Source: an uncultured Actinomycetota bacterium (lineage in GTDB: Bacteria; Actinomycetota; Actinomycetes; JAFAQI01). Taken from it: a stretch of DNA of 64,000 nt. The position numbers and the translations under genes are program-made. The stretch lies in assembly GCA_963770565.1 (NCBI GenBank), contig CAVYQE010000007.1, forward strand, positions 67,979 to 131,978, written 5' to 3'. This document shows positions 48,171-57,452 of the stretch, piece after piece (the first letter of the stretch is position 1; every line of letters starts with the position of its first letter). A model generated the notes under the pieces. It did not search any database and had not been told where the DNA came from. It was given only the letters and a program-made list of their open reading frames with translations.

Positions 48171-50066
48171 CTACGTCTTCCTCGGGTCGGGCCCAGGTTG
48201 CAGCGCCGAGGTCCAAAGCGCGCCGCCGCACGGTCCGATGACGTAAGGGCCGTAGTGGTTGCCGTGGCCCAGCCGCACGGTGATCAGGCCGGCGCCGTCA
48301 GGCAGCGCGATCCGGAGATAGCCAACCGCACGACACCGTTGGGTCCTGCCGTCCTTGGTGACCGCGTTGTCGTCCCAACCGATTTCCGTGCTGGCGATCC
48401 GCCCCGGCTCGAGACGTACGACGCGGGGTCCCGGGTCGATGAAGGCGCTGAAGACACCGCCGTGGTCGGTGGTCGTCGGCCGTGGCTGGCGATGCCGGCT
48501 GAGGAAGGTGATCCCGACATAGCCCTTGAGCGTGCAGGCGTGTGCCGAGGTGTTGATGAGCCGGACTGGCGTGCCGCCGGCTCCGGCGGCCGCGTCGAAC
48601 GGTCCGGTCGTGACTGAGACGTCATGGGCTGTGCACCGATGGGCCGGTGCGCCTTTGGAGGCGGCGGGCTCGCGGTCGATGGCATGGACCCGAAGCCAGC
48701 TGTGTCCACCATCGGTCGTGCGGAACAGCAGGTCGTGAAGGTTGTGGTGTGGCAGCGGCACCAATTCCGTCAGTGCTGCGTCGTCGGCACTGACCGCGTG
48801 CAGTGCCTGTGGCGTTCCGTCGAGGCGGATGAAACCTTGTCGAGACCAACTGCGGCCTGCGTTCGTCGTACGCCAGAGCGTGAGCGCGGACGGGTGAGGG
48901 ATCCCGACCCACCAGACGTCGGATGACGCGACCGAGACCAGGGGGAGGCTCGGATGGCGTGCGTTCTCAGAAGGCACTCTCGCGGGCCCGCCCGAGCTGG
49001 GCAGGTGCAGACGTGATGCCGACTGCCAGGCGAAGCCGCCGTCCGTGGTGGTGTCGAAGCCCACGGTGGTCGACCTGCGGGTCTGGCTGACATACGGCAG
49101 GACGCCGTGCTCGGCATCGCTGAAGGTCGGCGTCGCGAACGGACAGGTCGACACCGAGGCGAGCGAGGTATGGCAGTGGCCGGCCCGCGGCGGGTGCAAG
49201 CGGGTCCAGCGCCGGCCACCGTCGAGGGTCATGAACAGCAGGCCAGGGGTCGGCACGCTGATCGACGACGGCGGACCCACCCCGTCGGCCGCGAAGCCGG
49301 TGGTCGGAGTCGTAAAGTCGAGCGGCACGTCGAACGGTCCCGTCACGCGCTGCCCAGGGTGTCGTGGCAGCGGACCGGTCCACACCGTGTCCCAGTGCTC
49401 GCCGCCGTCTGTGGTGACCGCGAGATCTTCGCCCGGCCCGGTCGGCTGCTGCGTGTCGCGGTAGGCCATCGTGCCCGAAAGTGCGTCGAGCAGGGTGATG
49501 CCGCCTGCGGATGCGGTGTGATAGCCGCCGGCGAACGTCGACCAGGTCCGTCCGCCGTCGATGGTGCGATAGATCGTCACCCTGACGTCGGCCGGGTTCC
49601 ACGACTCGACCCAGCCGACGTCGGCGTTGACGAACGAGGCACTTTCGAAGAACCCGAAGCCCTCATGCCGGCGGGCCGGGCGCCGAGCGGTGGGTGGGGT
49701 GATGTCGCGCCAGGTCCTCAGGTTGGTCGAGATCAGCAGTCGCGGTGGCCGGGTGCCCTCGTAGCCACAGCAGTCCGGCGAGAGCCCGACCACATCGAGC
49801 CCCGGATGGAGGTCGACGAGCGTCACCTCGACTTCCCGCGCCTGCCGGCGTTGCCGGGCGAGCGCGGCGCGGGCTTGAGCCACGGTGCCGCCCGAGGTGG
49901 TGGTGCGCGCCGGCTGGACCGTGGGTCTCACGGATGGGGATTGGGCCGCAACTGACGGACTCGAGTCGTGCCCCGCCGTCGGTGCGGACGCCGTCCCGCT
50001 GCAGGCCGCTAACGCGGCGACGAGCGCAGCCGCGAGCAGAACGCCGACCCGCCGACCCGCCCTCAC
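48171..50066 (-). CDS. Lipoprotein with Asp-box (BNR) repeats and C-terminal DUF4232-like domain
   Basis: LAAC lipobox; seven TxDGGxxW-type repeats; C-terminal C...NTSAHACTLKGY...LEPG. Confidence 0.75.
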   Translation of the reverse strand: MRAGRRVGVLLAAALVAALAACSGTASAPTAGHDSSPSVAAQSPSVRPTVQPARTTTSGGTVAQARAALARQRRQAREVEVTLVDLHPGLDVVGLSPDCCGYEGTRPPRLLISTNLRTWRDITPPTARRPARRHEGFGFFESASFVNADVGWVESWNPADVRVTIYRTIDGGRTWSTFAGGYHTASAGGITLLDALSGTMAYRDTQQPTGPGEDLAVTTDGGEHWDTVWTGPLPRHPGQRVTGPFDVPLDFTTPTTGFAADGVGPPSSISVPTPGLLFMTLDGGRRWTRLHPPRAGHCHTSLASVSTCPFATPTFSDAEHGVLPYVSQTRRSTTVGFDTTTDGGFAWQSASRLHLPSSGGPARVPSENARHPSLPLVSVASSDVWWVGIPHPSALTLWRTTNAGRSWSRQGFIRLDGTPQALHAVSADDAALTELVPLPHHNLHDLLFRTTDGGHSWLRVHAIDREPAASKGAPAHRCTAHDVSVTTGPFDAAAGAGGTPVRLINTSAHACTLKGYVGITFLSRHRQPRPTTTDHGGVFSAFIDPGPRVVRLEPGRIASTEIGWDDNAVTKDGRTQRCRAVGYLRIALPDGAGLITVRLGHGNHYGPYVIGPCGGALWTSALQPGPDPRKT

Positions 50067-50192
50067 ATCGCTGAGACGAACGGACCTACTCGTTCGTTGG
50101 GCTGGGGTGGCTGCGACTCAACTGCGACCGTCCTCGGGAACTCTTGCTTTGGCGCGTGAGGTCGCGCCGTGTGTCCCACCTGGAGGTGCCCG

Positions 50193-50810
50193 ATGGCTGC
50201 ATCGACCCCCCGTCGCCGGATCATCGTCGCGCTCGGCGCGGCCGTGCTGGTCGTCGCCGCGACCGGAGTTGCGTTCGCGGCGTCCGCCCGCCCGCACGGG
50301 GCGAAAGCCTGTGTGCGGTCAAACGGCTATCTTGCGCTTGCGTCAGCCAACGGCAAGTGCCCGGCGCATGCAAAGCGCGTGACGCTCGGCAAGCAGGGCA
50401 AGACCGGGCCGAGCCACGGGTATATCGACACCCAGGCCACGGCGCTCAGCCTCGACTCCACTCCGACCGTCGCCTCGCTCACCCTTCCGGCCGGGTCCTA
50501 TCTGTTCACTGGGATCGTCCAACTGGAGAACTCCAACACGTCGGCCGCAGTGCCAATCGTCTGCAAGCTGATCAATGGCAGCAAGGGCACTGCTGCGTAC
50601 GTCACGACCGTCCCGGCCGGCGAGATGATCTTCACAGTCTCGATACCTGGCGAGGCGACCGCAATGGTGACCGGCGCTGGCCACTTCGCCGCTGGGACGA
50701 CCGCGCTGGCTTGTGACGACGTCGCGACCACCGGGGCCCAGGCGTTTGGGTCGCTTAGTGCTCAGCTCGTCGGCTCGCTGTCGTCGACCGGATCTCCCAG
50801 CTTCAGCTGA
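50193..50810 (+). CDS. Secreted hypothetical protein
   Basis: GGAGG RBS, signal peptide, ACV...C..., GKQGKTGP, LPAGSY. Confidence 0.65.
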   Translation: MAASTPRRRIIVALGAAVLVVAATGVAFAASARPHGAKACVRSNGYLALASANGKCPAHAKRVTLGKQGKTGPSHGYIDTQATALSLDSTPTVASLTLPAGSYLFTGIVQLENSNTSAAVPIVCKLINGSKGTAAYVTTVPAGEMIFTVSIPGEATAMVTGAGHFAAGTTALACDDVATTGAQAFGSLSAQLVGSLSSTGSPSFS

Positions 50811-50830
50811 CCCGCCGACCCGTGAGCGTT

Positions 50831-50891
50831 GTTGATCATGGCAAAGCGAGCGAAAAATCGCGGTTCGAACGCGCATTTCGCCATGATCAAC
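50831..50891. repeat. REP-like palindrome with GTTGATCATGG termini
   Basis: GTTGATCATGGC...GCCATGATCAAC is a perfect 12-bp IR between convergent genes. Confidence 0.75.
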
Positions 50892-50912
50892 CGCGGGTTA
50901 CCGGGGTCGCGG

Positions 50913-51386
50913 CTACAGGTCGCGGCTGAGGAGGCGTCGTCCCTCGTCCTTGAAGTCGAGCGACGTGTAGTAGGAAACGAGGCGCTCGACGTCGTACCCG
51001 TTTGGCGCCACGACCACCTCCACCAGCGAGGCCGATTGTGAGCGGGCCCACGATGCGGCGTCTTCGATCAACGTGCTGGCGATCCCTTTCTTGCGATGCT
51101 CCGGGTCGACGAAAAGGTCTTGAATCTCCGCGACCGGGCCCGACTCGAGGATGAGTCGGACGGTCGTGAGCGCGAACCCGTACGACGCAGCGCCGTCAGT
51201 CGCGACCGCGACCCGCGCGTCACTTGCGGTGAGAAAAGTCTCGAAGCGGCTGCGGATGTCCTCGTCAACCGTGCTGAAGCCATCCTCGTCGTAGAACGCG
51301 CGAGTCAGCCGGACAAGATCTGGCAGATCGTTGAGGTTCGCCGTTCTGACGATCGGCCTGCCTTGATCACCACCGCTGTCGCTCAT
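50913..51386 (-). CDS. GNAT family N-acetyltransferase
   Basis: IQDLFVDPEHRKKGIASTLI, YYTSLDF. Confidence 0.85.
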   Translation of the reverse strand: MSDSGGDQGRPIVRTANLNDLPDLVRLTRAFYDEDGFSTVDEDIRSRFETFLTASDARVAVATDGAASYGFALTTVRLILESGPVAEIQDLFVDPEHRKKGIASTLIEDAASWARSQSASLVEVVVAPNGYDVERLVSYYTSLDFKDEGRRLLSRDL

Positions 51387-51409
51387 GGACCCATTCTCGA
51401 TGACGAACG

Positions 51410-51586
51410 TCAGGAGGGGCTGATCAGCTCGTCGAGGAGCGCACGGACCCGGCGGTCGATCTCGTCGCGGATCGGGCGGACCTACTCGACCCGAAACCCG
51501 GCCGGATCGTCGAGGGTCCAGTCGAGGTAGCGCTTGCCCGGAAACACCGGACAGGTGTCGCCGCAGCCCATCGTGATGCCGACGTC
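51410..51586 (-). pseudogene. arsC: 3' remnant of an LMW-PTP family arsenate reductase
   Basis: DVGITMGCGDTCPVFPGKRYLDWTLDDPAG...*VRPIRDEIDRRVRALL. In-frame TAG at 51482-51484; the N-terminal CX5R P-loop is absent. Confidence 0.85.
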
Positions 51587-51696
51587 GGTGGGGCTGTTAG
51601 TGCCGGGGCGTTTGGAGCGGGTTTCGGGTCCTTGGTCCCTGTACGGCGACGTCCGGGCGGATCGACCGTGGGGTGAACACCGTGGAGGTGACGGCG

Positions 51697-52536
51697 ATGC
51701 GCCGGAACCCTTCGACCGTTGGCATCGGCCTCGGACCACTGCGCCGCGTGACCCTCGTTGTGCTGGTAGTGCTGGCCGGCTTCCTCCTCGTGCCGGCTGC
51801 GCTCGCGGCAACACCGCAGGCCCTCCACAAGACCAGCCCCGCCAACGGTGCCACCCACCGGCCGACCGCGCTGAGCCTCAAGTGGGGGACTAGCGCCCAT
51901 GCGACGGGCTACCGGTACTGCGTTGACCGCTCCAACAACAGCCGCTGCGACAAGCGCTGGGTGCCGACTCACACCACGCGCTCAGCCCGGCTGACCGGGC
52001 TCAAACGCGGTACGACGTACTACTGGCAGGTGAAGGCGGTCACAGCACACGGAAGCGTCACGGCCGACCACGGCAAGTGGTTCTCGTTCAAAGTTTCCGC
52101 CGCGGCATCGAAGCTTCCCACGCCACGGGCAGGGCATTGGACGATCAGCCTTCCTGCAACCGGCGGGAGCGGGACGGCGGGCTCGATCGACATCACCGGT
52201 GCGGACTTCACCGTCGCCGCCGACCACAGTGCGGTCGTCAGTTTCGGCTTCGCTTATACCTACTCCGGTCCCGCGTCGCCACCTACCGGCTCCTGCATGG
52301 GCGCAGGCTCGAGTTTCGAAAGTGCTCGGTCACCGATCAGCAGGGACCACTTCTCGACCCCGGGGGAGACGGGATCGTGGACCGGTTCCGGTTCGGCCAC
52401 CTTCGACGGGACCTTCAAGACCGCATCCAGCGCGCATGGCAGCGCGACGTTCCAGGTGTTCATCAGCGGCCCGAGTTGCATGTTCAGCAGCCAGGTGAGC
52501 ACCGGAACGGTGTCGTGGACAGCGAGTGCAGGCTGA
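51697..52536 (+). CDS. Secreted protein with fibronectin type III-like domain
   Basis: Signal peptide; LSLKW...ATGYRYC...LTGLKRGTTYYWQVKA. Confidence 0.75.
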   Translation: MRRNPSTVGIGLGPLRRVTLVVLVVLAGFLLVPAALAATPQALHKTSPANGATHRPTALSLKWGTSAHATGYRYCVDRSNNSRCDKRWVPTHTTRSARLTGLKRGTTYYWQVKAVTAHGSVTADHGKWFSFKVSAAASKLPTPRAGHWTISLPATGGSGTAGSIDITGADFTVAADHSAVVSFGFAYTYSGPASPPTGSCMGAGSSFESARSPISRDHFSTPGETGSWTGSGSATFDGTFKTASSAHGSATFQVFISGPSCMFSSQVSTGTVSWTASAG

Positions 52537-52627
52537 GCAGACGGACGCTCGACCTGGATTGGCTGGATCGAGCCCACTGGGGAGCGACTGACTTGCCTGC
52601 GTTCCGGTGCTCGGGCAGCCTGGGCTG

Positions 52628-52855
52628 GTGACCAAGAAGCAGTGGAACGACCTCAGCCCAGGTACCCGTCGGTTCATCCTCACGGGTGGCGCCTTCGAGG
52701 GGGTCCTCAAGATCGCCGCCCTGATCGATCTTGCCCGTCGGCCGGCTGAAGAGGTACGGGGTTCGAAGGCGCGCTGGGCAGTCGCGATCGTCCTCATCAA
52801 CTCGGTCGGTGCGGTTCCGATCGCCTACTTCGCCTATGGGAGGCGGAAGCGCTGA
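52628..52855 (+). CDS. Small membrane protein (PLDc_N-like)
   Basis: KKQWNDLS...ALIDLARRP..VRGSKARW...VPIAYFAYGR. Confidence 0.75.
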   Translation: MTKKQWNDLSPGTRRFILTGGAFEGVLKIAALIDLARRPAEEVRGSKARWAVAIVLINSVGAVPIAYFAYGRRKR

Positions 52856-53022
52856 GGCTCAAACAGCGGCCGAAGGTCTGGTCGACCGCTAGCACGCGCC
52901 ACGCTCTTGGTGCGCCTCGCGCGCTTGTAGGCCTTTCGACCCTGTTCGCGGGCGGGTCATCCCCGATTGGGTGGGTGCAGACCGCGTCGTACGCGGGCCG
53001 GATTGATCTTCGGGAGGGTCTC

Positions 53023-53286
53023 ATGACGTACGGCCACGCGGAACGGAACCTGCTCGCGGTTCGATCGCTCGATCGGCAAACCGAACATCTACTACGGGAG
53101 TTGGAACGAACGAATCCTGATCGGGCGGCGTCGCTCCGCACCCTGTTCGCGGACTCGGCACCTGGCGCGGACACAACGACGCCGGTGACCGGTGTGCTTC
53201 ATGGCATGGTGGCTGAGACCGAGTCCGCGAGGGCCGGCTATTCGGCTGCTGGCTCGAAGGTGAGGCTGATCGAGTTCATGCAGTAG
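53023..53286 (+). CDS. Hypothetical ORF, possibly a fragment; its 3' end runs antisense into the duplicated msrB tail
   Basis: GGGAGG RBS before the ATG; no motif recognised. Confidence 0.35.
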   Translation: MTYGHAERNLLAVRSLDRQTEHLLRELERTNPDRAASLRTLFADSAPGADTTTPVTGVLHGMVAETESARAGYSAAGSKVRLIEFMQ

Positions 53287-53304
53287 CGGTCGCCGGTCGG
53301 AGTC
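53238..53304 (-). repeat. Duplicate of the msrB 3' end (direct repeat with 53769-53835)
   Basis: 67 bp with 3 mismatches and a 59-bp identical core; encodes TPTGDRYCMNSISLTFEPAAE*. Confidence 0.95.
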
Positions 53305-53403
53305 GCGTGCGAACCACAACGTTCGATCGACCAGACGCGAGTCACGGTACGCGTCGGGAGCATCTGAGCCCTCGATGTGGCGACCGCATGACATCGTCGA
53401 TGC

Positions 53404-53703
53404 GTGCAGGTTGGCGATGCGGTCGAATGGGTCGGGCTCGAGGATTCGGATCACAATCTCTGGTCCGGCCTTCCTGGCCGAATCATCGACGTTGGACCCC
53501 TTGCGAAAGACGTGAGTGTCTCGTTTGTCAACGGGCCTTCGATCGAGACTTCAGCCGACACCGTTCGTCTTCTTGACGAGGCGGAGTACGTGCGTCGGGG
53601 TCGCCGCGCTGTGACCCTCGGTCACCCCCTTCGTGACGTGCCGATCGCCGGTGTCATGCTCGATGGTCAAGAATGGCCCGAGGGCGAGCCTCCTGAGGCT
53701 TAG
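53404..53703 (+). CDS. Hypothetical protein (99 aa) between the msrB repeats
   Basis: ORF starting MQVGDAVEWVG (SH3/KOW-like look); lower GC3 than core genes. Confidence 0.5.
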   Translation: MQVGDAVEWVGLEDSDHNLWSGLPGRIIDVGPLAKDVSVSFVNGPSIETSADTVRLLDEAEYVRRGRRAVTLGHPLRDVPIAGVMLDGQEWPEGEPPEA

Positions 53704-53712
53704 GGCGGTGCG

Positions 53713-53752
53713 ATGGCCGGCTGGCTGCGCTAGAGCGCAGCCAAACGGCCAT
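53713..53752. repeat. REP-like palindrome, family B (may also act as a terminator)
   Basis: ATGGCCGGCTGGCTGCGCT-AG-AGCGCAGCCAAACGGCCAT; shares 17 bp with 8496-8512. Confidence 0.65.
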
Positions 53753-53768
53753 GATCTTGAAGCGCTTG

Positions 53769-54173
53769 TTACTCGGCTGCTGGCTCGAAGGTGAGGCTGA
53801 TCGAGTTCATGCAGTAGCGGTCGCCGGTCGGGGTCTGCGGGGCATCGTCGAAGACGTGGCCGAGATGTGAGCCGCAGTTCTTGCAGCGCACCTCGACCCG
53901 GCGCATGCCGAGCGTGTTGTCCTCGAGCAGGTCGACGGCGTCGGAGTTGCTCGGGTCGTAGAAGGACGGCCAGCCGCAGTGCGACTCGAACTTGGTCGTG
54001 CTCCGGAACAGCTCGTTGCCGCAGGCGCGGCAGTGGTAGACGCCGACCCGGTGCTCCTCGAGCAGTGGACCTGTAAACGGGCGCTCGGTGCCGGCCTGGC
54101 GGAGTACGGCGTACTCCTCGGGGCTGAGCTCGGCGCGCCACTGCTCGTCGGTCTTCTGGACAGGGTGGGTCAC
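53769..54173 (-). CDS. msrB: Peptide-methionine (R)-S-oxide reductase
   Basis: GTERPFTG, CRAC, GWPSF, CKNCGSHLGHVFDD, RYCMNS. Confidence 0.96.
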   Translation of the reverse strand: MTHPVQKTDEQWRAELSPEEYAVLRQAGTERPFTGPLLEEHRVGVYHCRACGNELFRSTTKFESHCGWPSFYDPSNSDAVDLLEDNTLGMRRVEVRCKNCGSHLGHVFDDAPQTPTGDRYCMNSISLTFEPAAE

Positions 54174-54342
54174 GGTGGAAGTCTCGCTTTCAGGGGTGTT
54201 CTTCGGGCGGATCAGCCCGCGGGTGATTCTCACGCTCGATTCAACACAGCGGCAATGCATTCAGTTCCCGTTCCCGACGGGCGGCTGCACGCCACCTCTC
54301 GAAGGGGTCTCACCCACGGTCGGCGACGGCTAAGGTGCGGCA

Positions 54343-56157
54343 ATGACCGCGCCTGTCAGGCTCGCTGCGGTGGCTGCGCTGCTGGTCTCTGCTCTCATCG
54401 CGACACCGACCGGGCTCGCAAGAGCCAGCCGCTCATCCTTGCCAACGGCTTCCTTGGTTCAGCTCTCCGCGGCGAGCACCGACCCGGTCAGCCCGGTTCG
54501 GCTGGACGGGATTTCCCTGACGATGGTCGGCGACCTCAACGGCGACGGCCGCCGCGATCTGGTGGATTTCCGCACCGTGGAGCACCGAGACCGGACGCTG
54601 CGGTACGGCGTGACCGCGCGTGACGGCCGAACCGGCAAGGCGCTGTGGCATCACGTCGTCGCTGAGCCCCACGGGGGCCTTCTCTCGGGCTCGTTCGGCG
54701 TTGTCGTGCCAATCGTCGTCGGTACGCCCGGTCGTCCAGGCATTCTGTTCGTTCACAGCGAGGACGTCGCGCATGGCCACACCGACCAGATCACCCTGAC
54801 CCTCACTGCATGGGCGGGCGCGACCGGCGTGAGGGTCTGGTCGCGGGTGTTGACCGGCTCGTCGACGACCAGCGGCCTTGGGGTCAGTGAGACCGCGGTG
54901 CCCACCCTGATCGGAACCTTCCATGACGTTCGCAGTCCGGATCGCGACGTACTGGTGAGCGAGGCGACCGACGACGGCGTTGATGGCGAGACGGTCACGC
55001 CGGTGGTGGTGTCGGGGCGGGACGGCACGGTGAGCACCCGGCCGCCGATCACCGCGCCGACCGAATCGATTGGCGTGCTCGGCCAGCCGGGCCAGGTCTA
55101 CCTGGCCGCTGAGCCCGACCTCAGCGGGGACGGTCTCGATGACATTCTCGCGATCGCGCCCGGCCTGGGGCGCAGCCAAGGCAGCTTCCACAACGTCGCC
55201 TTTGCGCGGGCGATCGCCGGCAACACTGGCAAGACCATCTGGACCAACCATGGTCTCGACTTGCCTGACCTGCTCGATGGCGCTGACTCCGTTCAGGTCG
55301 CCGGGCCGCTCAGCGGCGGCCGGGTGACCGACCTGATCTTCGTTACGATCGGCGGCGACGGTGACCCCGCGCGCGCTCTCACCTTCACGCTCGTACGCGG
55401 ACGAGACGGCAAGACGTTGTGGCGCAAGGCCGCATCGTCCGACACGATCCTCGGCAAGGCCGGACGGCATTTGGTCGGCGCGGTGGGCCTGTTTGATGAG
55501 CCCGCGTACGACCACAAGAACGGCCGAACCATCGACCAGTTCACGACGCTGGCCTATCGCGCCAACGGCAGCCAGGTCTATCGCAAGACGTATCGCCTCT
55601 CGGTCAAGACGATCCCGCACGCCAAGCCGCGGTACGGCGGCTTTGACTTCGAATCGGGGCCGTTCGACATCCAGCCCGACGGCTCAGCCGACTTCAGTGT
55701 GGCGATGACGGCTCATTCCGGCGCCCACGACCGTCACCGCGACGGCATCATCAGCGGCCGTTACGGAAACCTCATCCCGCTACCCTTCGGCGATCCCGCC
55801 GACGGCAGCTTGCACCATGGCCACGCCACCGACATCGTGCGCAGTAGCGAGCCAAGCGGCCGCCTGGTGATCTCCGGGTTCAGCAGTCGTAGCGGCCGTT
55901 CCTACTTCACGACCTCGCTGCGTCGGCCCAACCAGACGCCGCTCGAGGTGACCGGTGCGCGGGTCACCGGGCACCCCTGCAGCGACCTGGTTGTCGATCC
56001 GAATCAGCAGGTGCTGCTGAGTTCCGAGCACTACCCGGTCACCGAGGCGGTCATTTCGGGCTCGGGTCACGTGCTGTGGACCCTCCGGTTCCGCGCGGAT
56101 CACGCGCTGGGTGGCTCGCTGGTCGACCGAACGCCGCCAAAACGGTTCTGCGCCTAG
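54343..56157 (+). CDS. Secreted protein with FG-GAP/VCBS-like and propeller repeats
   Basis: Signal peptide; GDLNGDGRRDL, DLSGDGLDDI, DIQPDGSADF; DGRTGKALW-type repeats. Confidence 0.7.
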   Translation: MTAPVRLAAVAALLVSALIATPTGLARASRSSLPTASLVQLSAASTDPVSPVRLDGISLTMVGDLNGDGRRDLVDFRTVEHRDRTLRYGVTARDGRTGKALWHHVVAEPHGGLLSGSFGVVVPIVVGTPGRPGILFVHSEDVAHGHTDQITLTLTAWAGATGVRVWSRVLTGSSTTSGLGVSETAVPTLIGTFHDVRSPDRDVLVSEATDDGVDGETVTPVVVSGRDGTVSTRPPITAPTESIGVLGQPGQVYLAAEPDLSGDGLDDILAIAPGLGRSQGSFHNVAFARAIAGNTGKTIWTNHGLDLPDLLDGADSVQVAGPLSGGRVTDLIFVTIGGDGDPARALTFTLVRGRDGKTLWRKAASSDTILGKAGRHLVGAVGLFDEPAYDHKNGRTIDQFTTLAYRANGSQVYRKTYRLSVKTIPHAKPRYGGFDFESGPFDIQPDGSADFSVAMTAHSGAHDRHRDGIISGRYGNLIPLPFGDPADGSLHHGHATDIVRSSEPSGRLVISGFSSRSGRSYFTTSLRRPNQTPLEVTGARVTGHPCSDLVVDPNQQVLLSSEHYPVTEAVISGSGHVLWTLRFRADHALGGSLVDRTPPKRFCA

Positions 56158-56184
56158 CCGCCGAGCTCCCGGTACGGTCACGGC

Positions 56185-57201
56185 ATGGCGTCTCCCTTTG
56201 TCGAAGTGCCGGTCGGGGATCGGGTCGTCAAGATCACCAATCCGGATCGGGTCTACTTCCCGACCCGCGGCGAGACGAAGCTCGATCTGGCCAACTACTA
56301 CCTGTCGGTCGCTGACGGGATCGTCCGGGCCTTGCACGACCGGCCATGCATGCTGCATCGCTATCCGGAAGGTGTCGGCGGGGAGAAGATCTACCAGAAG
56401 CGGCTGCCCAAAGGCGCGCCCGACTGGGTGCAGACCGCCGAGGTCAGCTTCCCGTCCGGGCGCACCGCCGACGAGCTGTGCGTCACCGAGATCGCGTCGG
56501 TGATCTGGGCGGTGCAGATGTCGACGGTCGAGTTCCACCCGTGGCACACCCGCCGGCCCGACGTCGAGATGCCGGACGAGCTGCGTATCGACCTCGACCC
56601 GCAGCCGGGCACCGACTTCGAGGACGCCAAGCGGGTCGCCGGCCTGGTGCACGAGGTGCTCGACGACCTCGGCGCGATCGGCTGGCCGAAGACCTCGGGC
56701 AACCGCGGCGTCCACGTCTACGTCCGGATCTCGCCGGACTTCGGCTTCCGTGAGGTACGCCGGGCGGCGCTCGCGTTTGCCCGTGAGGTCGAGCGGCGTG
56801 CGCCCGAAGAGGTCACGACCGCATGGTGGAAGGAAGAACGCGGCGCAAAGATCTTCGTCGACTTCAACCAGAACGCAAAGGACCGAACGATTGCAGCGGC
56901 GTACTCGGTGCGCGGATTCGACTACGGGCCGGTGTCGGCGCCGGTGACCTGGGCGGAGCTACCCGATGTCGAGACCTCCGACTTCACGATCGCGACGATG
57001 CCGGAACGGTTCGCGCGGCTCGGCGACGTGCACGCCGAGATCGACGACGTGCAGTTCGACATCCGGCCGTTGTTGGAGTGGGCTGATCGTGACGAACGCG
57101 ATCGCGGCCTCGGCGATGCGCCGTACCCGCCGAACTATCCGAAGATGCCCGGCGAACCGATGCGGGTGCAGCCGTCGCGGGCCAAGCGCCCGACCAGCTG
57201 A
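56185..57201 (+). CDS. Stand-alone LigD polymerase-domain protein (Prim-PolC-like)
   Basis: TNPDRVYFP, RYPEG, IDLDP, KTSGNRGVH, FVDFNQN, YSVR. Confidence 0.92.
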   Translation: MASPFVEVPVGDRVVKITNPDRVYFPTRGETKLDLANYYLSVADGIVRALHDRPCMLHRYPEGVGGEKIYQKRLPKGAPDWVQTAEVSFPSGRTADELCVTEIASVIWAVQMSTVEFHPWHTRRPDVEMPDELRIDLDPQPGTDFEDAKRVAGLVHEVLDDLGAIGWPKTSGNRGVHVYVRISPDFGFREVRRAALAFAREVERRAPEEVTTAWWKEERGAKIFVDFNQNAKDRTIAAAYSVRGFDYGPVSAPVTWAELPDVETSDFTIATMPERFARLGDVHAEIDDVQFDIRPLLEWADRDERDRGLGDAPYPPNYPKMPGEPMRVQPSRAKRPTS

Positions 57202-57212
57202 CCTCTGAACGG

Positions 57213-57452
57213 TTAGACCCGCACGGACACATCGAGGCGCAGGGTTAGCCGCTCGCCGCTGACCGGGCCGAGCGCTTCGAGCGTGCCGTCTGCGCGTTGG
57301 AGGAAGACTTCGGCCAGTTCGATGTCATCGGCCAGCGCCTTGACGTGTTCGATCGCTGCACTCAACGTGGCGTGGACGTCGTAGTCCTCGGACCCGCGTC
57401 TGCACGCCCATCCGCCATCGGGTCGCTCAACAACCCGGATGTACCGAGTCAT
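57213..57452 (-). CDS. Small hypothetical protein (DUF2188-like)
   Basis: VVERPDGGW...ATLSAAIEH...EVFLQRADG. Confidence 0.6.
   Translation of the reverse strand: MTRYIRVVERPDGGWACRRGSEDYDVHATLSAAIEHVKALADDIELAEVFLQRADGTLEALGPVSGERLTLRLDVSVRV

Noticed and set aside
52862-52946. Further imperfect inverted repeat (AACAG..GAAGGTCT / AGGCCTTTCG..CTGTT)
   Set aside because: Pairing is loose and I found no second copy in the window, so it was not listed as a feature.
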